Of a stretch of 64,000 bases of DNA, positions 58,172 through 64,000 are shown piece by piece (positions within the stretch are counted from its first letter, which is position 1; every line of letters starts with the position of its first letter). This stretch comes from an uncultured Bacteriovoracaceae bacterium (GTDB lineage Bacteria; Bdellovibrionota; UBA2428). Location: the NCBI GenBank assembly GCA_964636255.1, contig CAZWNW010000006.1, positions 46,364 to 110,363 on the forward strand, given 5' to 3'. The translations under genes were made by a program, and so were the position numbers. Under the pieces are notes generated by a model. The model did not search any database and was not told the DNA's origin. It worked only from the letters and a program-made list of their open reading frames with translations.

Positions 58172-58481
58172 GTGTAGGGCCCCTCTGCAAGCTGACCGAA
58201 AGTAACAAATCTAAGCCTTCGTTACAGTGAAAACATATTTACAAAACGAAACGCCGCAGCACAGCCTTCGTTGCGCTGCGTGGCACGAGATCGATTAGTC
58301 TTGTTTATGCACTAGAGGCAGCCGCGGAGAGTTTTCTTGAAAGCCCCTTGCTCAACGCGGGGCGGCGGCGCCAAGAATTCGTGGATTTCGATCGCAATTT
58401 CTATTCAAAGTGCCTTCTATTTGACACACGAGGCTCTTGCAGAGCTGCTAGACTAAAATTCGTTTGGTGGGAGGTTTTTCT

Positions 58482-60095
58482 ATGTTCAGTTTGGGAAGGC
58501 GTACGACGCTTTTGGGGGCTTCACTTCTATTATCGCTTTGCTTTGTGCCCGTGGCCGAGGCGGGGGTGAACGTCAACAACGGAAACTTCTATGTCGCATA
58601 CACGGATTTTTTAATAAACAATCCAGGTTTGAATCTCGACATCACGCGCACCTACAACAGTCGTTCAAGTTACGTTAAAGGATTTTTCGGCGTTGGTTGG
58701 TCCTCTGAATACGAAGGCTATCTAGAATTCAAAGGTGCTGACATTCATTATTTTGAAGGTGGTGGTGGGAACGTTGTCGTCTTCAAAAAGTCCGGCAAAA
58801 ATTGGACTAACAATCTCTACGGAAAACAACAGATCGATAAGGTCGCTACAAATTTTGTTTTAGAAACGTCCATAGGCAAAAAAATCACCTTCAATTCGAA
58901 GGGACGTCCCACGCGCATTAGCGACAACAGCAAAAATTTCATTGAATTCGTCTATACCAACGGACAAATTTCTCTGATTCGCGACAATTTTAATAATCAG
59001 GTTCGCGTTAGCTGGAAGAATTTCGCTGGCGTCCCGCGCATTGTCCGTGTCGAGCGGGACGTGATGAAAGCTTCGTACCAATACAATGCCAAGGGGCAGT
59101 TGTTGAAGGTGACTGGAGCGGATGGCATTCCCTACAGCTATGAATATGACGATGAATTTAATATGACTGCCATTGTCTATAACGACGGCACTCGTAAAGA
59201 AATGAGCTACAACAAAACCCGCGACTGGATCACCAAATTTAAAGATCGTGATAATTGGACCACAGGTTATGATTATTTTTCGGACAATCTTGATCCGGAA
59301 AATAAATTTGGCACAACAGTTGTTCGTAGTCTTGCGGGAAGCAAAGAAAAAGACGAATCCCGTTTCTGGTATGAATTTCGAAAGCGTGCCGATGGTAGTC
59401 GCTACAATCATCGGGCTGTGACCTATGTTAATGGAATCGTGACCGAGACGTTTTTTACCGAGTGCTGCGGCACTCCGATCGAAATCGGTCAATGGCAGTT
59501 ATCGGCGAAGGATGCCGGATCAAACTCAAAGAGCTTGGCTTGGATCAATCCTCGTGGATCAGTGAAACGCACGAAATTCAGCTATGACAAAGACGGTCTG
59601 CTGGCGAAGAAAATCGCACCGGACGGGACAGAAACACGTCTCGTTTATAATCCGAAATTTAAAAAAGTTTCTAAAGTGACCATCGGATCGCGGGCCTTTT
59701 CCTATGGTTACGATGTTAAGGGCAATCTGCGTGAAGCGATTGACGAGGGTGCGAAGCGTAAGCTGACTTTGAGTTACAGCGTAGAAGGCCGCATAACGAA
59801 AATTCAAGATGTCGGGCCTGCCGCAAACGGCAAAGTGCTCGCGAAAGATGTGCTTTTCTCCTACGACAAACTTGGAAGGCCGAGCGTCGTTAAAGAAGTT
59901 CGCAAAGGTGGGGGCGGTGGTGTGATCCGCATGACTTACAATAATCGCGGCGAAGTTTCAGGAGTCTTGAATGCCAAAGGTCGAAGTCTGGCATCCGACA
60001 AGGATCTTGAAAGTGCGCGAGAAGTCGCCCTAACTTTTCAGAGCCTATTAGACATTGTACAGCCGGCCGGTGTGACACTAACTCCCGAGGGATGA
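58482..60095 (+). CDS. Secreted Rhs/YD-repeat protein without toxin tip; probable Bd0109-like hit-locus protein
   Basis: RBS GGAGG; signal peptide; NVNNGN..RTYNSRS..GFFGVGW (DUF6531-like) followed by YD repeats. Confidence 0.8.
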   Translation: MFSLGRRTTLLGASLLLSLCFVPVAEAGVNVNNGNFYVAYTDFLINNPGLNLDITRTYNSRSSYVKGFFGVGWSSEYEGYLEFKGADIHYFEGGGGNVVVFKKSGKNWTNNLYGKQQIDKVATNFVLETSIGKKITFNSKGRPTRISDNSKNFIEFVYTNGQISLIRDNFNNQVRVSWKNFAGVPRIVRVERDVMKASYQYNAKGQLLKVTGADGIPYSYEYDDEFNMTAIVYNDGTRKEMSYNKTRDWITKFKDRDNWTTGYDYFSDNLDPENKFGTTVVRSLAGSKEKDESRFWYEFRKRADGSRYNHRAVTYVNGIVTETFFTECCGTPIEIGQWQLSAKDAGSNSKSLAWINPRGSVKRTKFSYDKDGLLAKKIAPDGTETRLVYNPKFKKVSKVTIGSRAFSYGYDVKGNLREAIDEGAKRKLTLSYSVEGRITKIQDVGPAANGKVLAKDVLFSYDKLGRPSVVKEVRKGGGGGVIRMTYNNRGEVSGVLNAKGRSLASDKDLESAREVALTFQSLLDIVQPAGVTLTPEG

Positions 60096-60099
60096 TGAT

Positions 60100-60435
60100 A
60101 TGAAAAAAGTCTTAATGATGAAAATCAAGTTTGTTAAAACCGCGACTGTATTCGCGACGCTTTTAGTTGGCTCTCTTTCTTTTGCTCAAGGGCTTCCAGA
60201 GTTTACAGGAGCCGGAGCCCCATCAATGTTTGCCGGTCAAGGCATGGTAGCGCCGCCCATGGGTGCCCAGCCTGGAACTTTTGTTAGTCCCCAGCGGATG
60301 GTAATGGGCGAACAGCCTGCCTATGCGCAGGTTGGTGCGCAGGGGTGCGACCCGCGTGGTTATGTCGGCCCCGTGACGGGCCCCATCCAGTCAAATGGTA
60401 TGCCAATGCCCCTTCAGATGGTCCCAGGTCACTAA
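60100..60435 (+). CDS. Small secreted Gly/Pro/Gln/Met-rich, probably disordered protein; positional Bd0108 analogue
   Basis: Signal peptide ending SFA; low-complexity mature part; 4 nt after the Rhs gene. Confidence 0.7.
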   Translation: MKKVLMMKIKFVKTATVFATLLVGSLSFAQGLPEFTGAGAPSMFAGQGMVAPPMGAQPGTFVSPQRMVMGEQPAYAQVGAQGCDPRGYVGPVTGPIQSNGMPMPLQMVPGH

Positions 60436-60520
60436 TTCGGGAAGCACATTTTTTTGGGACAGATTTCAAGGCAGATCTTCCGCCTTTGCGCGCCTTGCTC
60501 GCCTAAGTTAACCTTCATGG

Positions 60521-61114
60521 ATGATTCGGATTTGTGGTGGCAGGCATAAAGGTCGGCAGCTTCGTACGCCTAAAGGCGATTTGACTCGACCCACTACTGA
60601 GGCCAATCGGGAATCTCTTTTCAATATAGTCGACATCTCCCTTCAGCATCCGATGACCCATATTTTGGATTTATTTTCCGGTTCCGGAGCCTTGGCTTTA
60701 GAGGCGGTATCGAGGGGGGCGGAATCGGCGGTCCTTTTTGATTCGTCTAAGGAGGCCGAGAGCGCTTCGAAGCAGAATTTTAGGGAGATTGCCCCTGAAA
60801 TTCCTTTGCGTATTTTTACTGATCCCAAAATTGAAAAGTGGGCTGGGCTCTTGGTGAATTTAGGCCCGGAATTTCGCCCCATCGATACGGTCTTTTGTGA
60901 CCCGCCCTACGGGAAGGGTTTTGCTCAAAAAGTCTTGGAATCTCTGCTTCCTCAGGGGGATTTGTGGGCCCCAGGGGCGATCTTTTGTTTTGAAGTTGGC
61001 AAGAAAGAAGTTTTCCCGATTCCTAAATCCCTTGAGATCCTTAGAGACAGGACGCGCGGAGACAGCCGTTTTCTCGTCCTTAGGAAGAGCACTTTTGACT
61101 TGAACGAGATATGA
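60521..61114 (+). CDS. rsmD: 16S rRNA G966 methyltransferase
   Basis: MIRICGGRHKGR, TRPTT..RESLFN, LDLFSGSGALALEA.SRGA, DPPY. Confidence 0.92.
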   Translation: MIRICGGRHKGRQLRTPKGDLTRPTTEANRESLFNIVDISLQHPMTHILDLFSGSGALALEAVSRGAESAVLFDSSKEAESASKQNFREIAPEIPLRIFTDPKIEKWAGLLVNLGPEFRPIDTVFCDPPYGKGFAQKVLESLLPQGDLWAPGAIFCFEVGKKEVFPIPKSLEILRDRTRGDSRFLVLRKSTFDLNEI

Positions 61115-61133
61115 GCCTGATTAGGCTCTTCCT

Positions 61134-61643
61134 GTGCCGAAAAAGATCGCCGTATATGCAGGCAGTTTTGATCCCATCACTCTGGGCCATCTTGATGTTG
61201 CCGAGAAAGTTCGAAGTCTCTTTGATGAGATCCACATTGTCGTAGCCGATAATCGACAAAAAAAGACTTTGTTCACGGCCAATGAGCGCGTGAAATTCAT
61301 TCAAGACAGTCTGGAACACCGGGGAATGACAAAAACCTTTCATGTGGCTTCGACCGAGGGGCTGGTGGTGGACTATTGCCGTCTAAACCACGCTTCACAC
61401 TTAATTCGAGGTCTGCGGGCAGTGAGTGATTTTGAGAGCGAATTTTCGCTGGCGGTAATGAATCGCCGCTTGGAATCAGGCGTCACGACTGTTCATGTGA
61501 TGGCTGACGAGAAATATTTCTTCCTATCGAGTTCACTGGTAAAAGAGGTGGCAGGCTTTGGTCGTTCCGTAGATGACTTTGTTACGCCGACCGTGGCTGC
61601 TGCTTTGAAAACAAGATTTAATCAGCTCCGAAACAGTCCTTGA
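61134..61643 (+). CDS. coaD: Phosphopantetheine adenylyltransferase
   Basis: AVYAGSFDPITLGH, RGLRAVSDFESE, SSSLVKEVA. Confidence 0.95.
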   Translation: MPKKIAVYAGSFDPITLGHLDVAEKVRSLFDEIHIVVADNRQKKTLFTANERVKFIQDSLEHRGMTKTFHVASTEGLVVDYCRLNHASHLIRGLRAVSDFESEFSLAVMNRRLESGVTTVHVMADEKYFFLSSSLVKEVAGFGRSVDDFVTPTVAAALKTRFNQLRNSP

Positions 61644-62827
61644 AAGGAAGCAAAAGCATGTTGCCAGAAAAAGTTCAGGAAAGTCTCACCCTCGCCCTAT
61701 TAGCTAAGGTTCGCGAAATGCGCGCCCGCGGCGAGGACGTAGTTTCATTTGCGGCCGGTGAACCTGATTTTGATACACCTTCTTTTGTCATTGAAGAAGC
61801 TTTTCGCGGAATGAAAGCTGGAAACACTCGCTATGTCGCAAGTCAGGGGCAGGCTAATTTACGAACAGCCATCGCCAAAGATTACCAAGAGCGTTTAAAC
61901 GTTCGTTGGGCGAAACCTGAGAATGTTCTGATCACTGCGGGAGCTAAACAAGGTCTTTATTTGATTTTCGATACGCTTCTTGAAAAAGACGACGAAGTTC
62001 TATGCCCCGCCCCCTACTGGGTAAGTTATCCCGGCATGGTGAAGGCAAGTAACGGCGTTACCAAGGTGATGGAAACGCTGGCTTCAAATGATTTTTTCCC
62101 AACGGCGGCAGAGTTGGATAAAGCCAAGACTTCGAAGACGAAGGCGCTGATATTCTCCTCGCCGGGTAACCCCTCAGGAACTATGATTACAGAAAAGCAG
62201 TTGCGAGAGATCATCGACTGGTGCGACAAAAATAAGGTCCTGCTGATTTATGATGAACTTTATGAACGGCTCGTACTGGATGAAAGCCGCAAGCATATTT
62301 CGGCACTGGCTCTGATCGAAGAGACAAAATCGGAATGGGTACTGGCGGTCAACGCTACTTCTAAATCCTTAGCGATGACGGGATGGCGATTGGGTTATGT
62401 TCTAGGTCACCCTGAAAATATTAAACGCTTAACGGCAATTCAAAGTCAGGCTTTGACATGTGTGCCGGGTTTTATTCAGGACGCGGCCGTTCTGGGTCTT
62501 TCCAAGGCCACCGAGTTTTTGACTCCAGTGGTGAAACAATATCGCGAGCGCCGAGACCTCTTGATAGCAGGCCTGAAAAAGATTCCAGGACTGAAGTGGA
62601 TAGAGCCTTCCGGTGCGTTTTACCTTCTCTTGGATGTCTCGGACGTGATCAAAAGAAAAGGTTGGTCCGGTGATAAGGATTTCGCGGCCCACATTCTGGA
62701 GCAGAAAAAAGTGGTCGTGATTCCCGGTGGATCAATGGGAGCACCCAACTGGGTGCGCCTCTCGTTTGCGACAAGTAATGCTGAGATTCAGCGAGGGATC
62801 ACTCGGCTAGCGGAATTTTGTTCCTAA
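61640..62827 (+). CDS. PLP-dependent class I aminotransferase (aspartate aminotransferase-like)
   Basis: GEPDFDTP, PGNPSG, DELYE, SKSLAMTGWRLG. Confidence 0.9.
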   Translation: MKGSKSMLPEKVQESLTLALLAKVREMRARGEDVVSFAAGEPDFDTPSFVIEEAFRGMKAGNTRYVASQGQANLRTAIAKDYQERLNVRWAKPENVLITAGAKQGLYLIFDTLLEKDDEVLCPAPYWVSYPGMVKASNGVTKVMETLASNDFFPTAAELDKAKTSKTKALIFSSPGNPSGTMITEKQLREIIDWCDKNKVLLIYDELYERLVLDESRKHISALALIEETKSEWVLAVNATSKSLAMTGWRLGYVLGHPENIKRLTAIQSQALTCVPGFIQDAAVLGLSKATEFLTPVVKQYRERRDLLIAGLKKIPGLKWIEPSGAFYLLLDVSDVIKRKGWSGDKDFAAHILEQKKVVVIPGGSMGAPNWVRLSFATSNAEIQRGITRLAEFCS

Positions 62828-62838
62828 GCGTTTCGGTC

Positions 62839-63813
62839 TTAGAGATCTCTGCAACAATTGGGGTCAATACTGCTGGTGCTTTCAGAGCCAACCACGCTAG
62901 TGAGAGTGTACGGCATCCCGTCCACACGAAAACTAAATTCGCCCATCTTCAGACTTTGCAATTCCCGTTGGCAATGACCCGTGGGCCGACTTCGACTACA
63001 GGTGATGTTTTTCTCGTTCCAAAGTTTCACTTGGGCCTGATTGACGGAGCCTCCGATCAATACCTCCATTGTAAAGTCCTCTAGCGGTGAGGGCGCCCTT
63101 CCGTTGGCACTTCCAAAACTAAAAGATGAAGAGGGAAAATAGGCGCCTGTCACTTCCAGATCACTAGGATTGACGGTGAATAGAGATATCTGGCGTCGAT
63201 CAATTTTTGCACTAAAGCGCAGTCCGTTGATGAAAAATTGATCGATGATGCTGGGTAGATCCGGGTTCGGGTGACCTTGGCCTTTCACCTGCAGAGTCGA
63301 GACGGGAATAATTTCATAGTCACGGCGATCTTCTGGAAATTCCGAATTCGGCATCAACTGGTGGATGCTTCGTCGAAAGCTTTCATCAAAAAAATTCTCG
63401 GATTTGTAGTTGGATTGGGTGAAAACTTGCAGGTCGCCGGATTCAAGACGCTTAAAGCGTCGAATGTCGATCGACTCGGACGCAGGAAACTCTGGGCTGG
63501 CTGGAATCTTGGTGTGAAGGCGGCGCACCAACTCGCCATCTTCGCAGCGAGCGGTTGAAGTGGTGACCTTGTCGATCTGATAAATTTTACCATCAGCGGG
63601 AATCACGACTTTTTCTGGATTGTCGTTGTTATCAAAGCTTCGAAAGGCAAAGCCGGTAATTTTTTTCGAAGCATCATTAATATCGTAGATTTCAAAATGC
63701 TGTTTTTGGCGAATATCTTGAACATAAAAGCCCTCAAGGCTGGGGCATTCAGCTGCCCAGGCGGATATGGAGATTGAACTGATTAAAGCGCAAGTGAGTT
63801 TGAAAATTTTCAT
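62839..63813 (-). CDS. Secreted hypothetical protein
   Basis: Signal peptide ending AWA; no family motif recognised. Confidence 0.7.
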   Translation of the reverse strand: MKIFKLTCALISSISISAWAAECPSLEGFYVQDIRQKQHFEIYDINDASKKITGFAFRSFDNNDNPEKVVIPADGKIYQIDKVTTSTARCEDGELVRRLHTKIPASPEFPASESIDIRRFKRLESGDLQVFTQSNYKSENFFDESFRRSIHQLMPNSEFPEDRRDYEIIPVSTLQVKGQGHPNPDLPSIIDQFFINGLRFSAKIDRRQISLFTVNPSDLEVTGAYFPSSSFSFGSANGRAPSPLEDFTMEVLIGGSVNQAQVKLWNEKNITCSRSRPTGHCQRELQSLKMGEFSFRVDGMPYTLTSVVGSESTSSIDPNCCRDL

Positions 63814-63882
63814 GCAGGTCTACGTTATCGGAGCAGTAGAGCCTGCGCTAGGCGGGGCGTGCCGGACTCTCGTCGCTCTGCT

Positions 63883-63999
63883 TCACTCTTGGCCAAAGAG
63901 CGAGAGCCAGTGCCCAAACTGTCGATCTGCGCGTGCGACTAATTTTTCTTTTTTCTGCTTGTCGCGCTCGGCAATACCATTAAGTGGAACCAATCCCCA
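63883..63999 (-). CDS. 3' fragment of a gene running off the window edge
   Basis: Open frame WGLVPLNGIAERDKQKKEK..LFGQE ending TGA at 63885-63883. Confidence 0.4.
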   Translation of the reverse strand, partial: WGLVPLNGIAERDKQKKEKLVARADRQFGHWLSLFGQE

Positions 64000-64000
64000 G

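Noticed and set aside
58421-58459. Sigma70 promoter TTGACA..TAGACT/TAAAAT upstream of the Rhs gene
   Set aside because: Spacer is 22 nt or more, too long for a standard promoter.
58482-60435. Rhs toxin-immunity pair
   Set aside because: No terminal DPxG motif or toxin domain; the downstream protein is secreted and low-complexity.

Overview
A ~50% GC bacterial chromosomal window, most likely from the Bdellovibrionota (inferred from two short 275-277 aa flagellins, a flp/tad locus followed by an Rhs-core gene plus a small disordered secreted protein, and many orphan secreted/lipoproteins). Housekeeping content: pyrB-carA-X-carB-greA-recG-tatA, an LptC/LptA-like fusion, a CHASE2-type kinase/NtrC-like regulator/CBS/ansA/suhB operon, ktrBA, rsmH-ftsL-ftsI-murE, purU, rsmD-coaD-aminotransferase. 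No rRNA, tRNA, CRISPR array, transposase or integrase was recognised. The standout is a ~435 bp non-coding element at 18631-19065, beside an AT-rich orphan 92-aa ORF. It holds two inverted copies of a ~101 nt CAC...GTG-bounded core with three perfectly conserved blocks and 26-27 nt diverged linkers. Each copy sits inside its own unrelated, near-perfect hairpin stem, and the four CAC/GTG junctions form a complete att-like/Holliday-junction quartet. Other notable items: a probable hit-locus (bd0109/bd0108-like) pair separated from tadB by a hydrolase/pilin insert, a ~315 nt multi-GGA flagellin leader, an Ig-repeat surface protein gene split by one in-frame TAG, and a pilin with tandem Cys-rich collagen-IV-NC1-like modules. 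All coordinates and alignments were done by eye; no searches were run.
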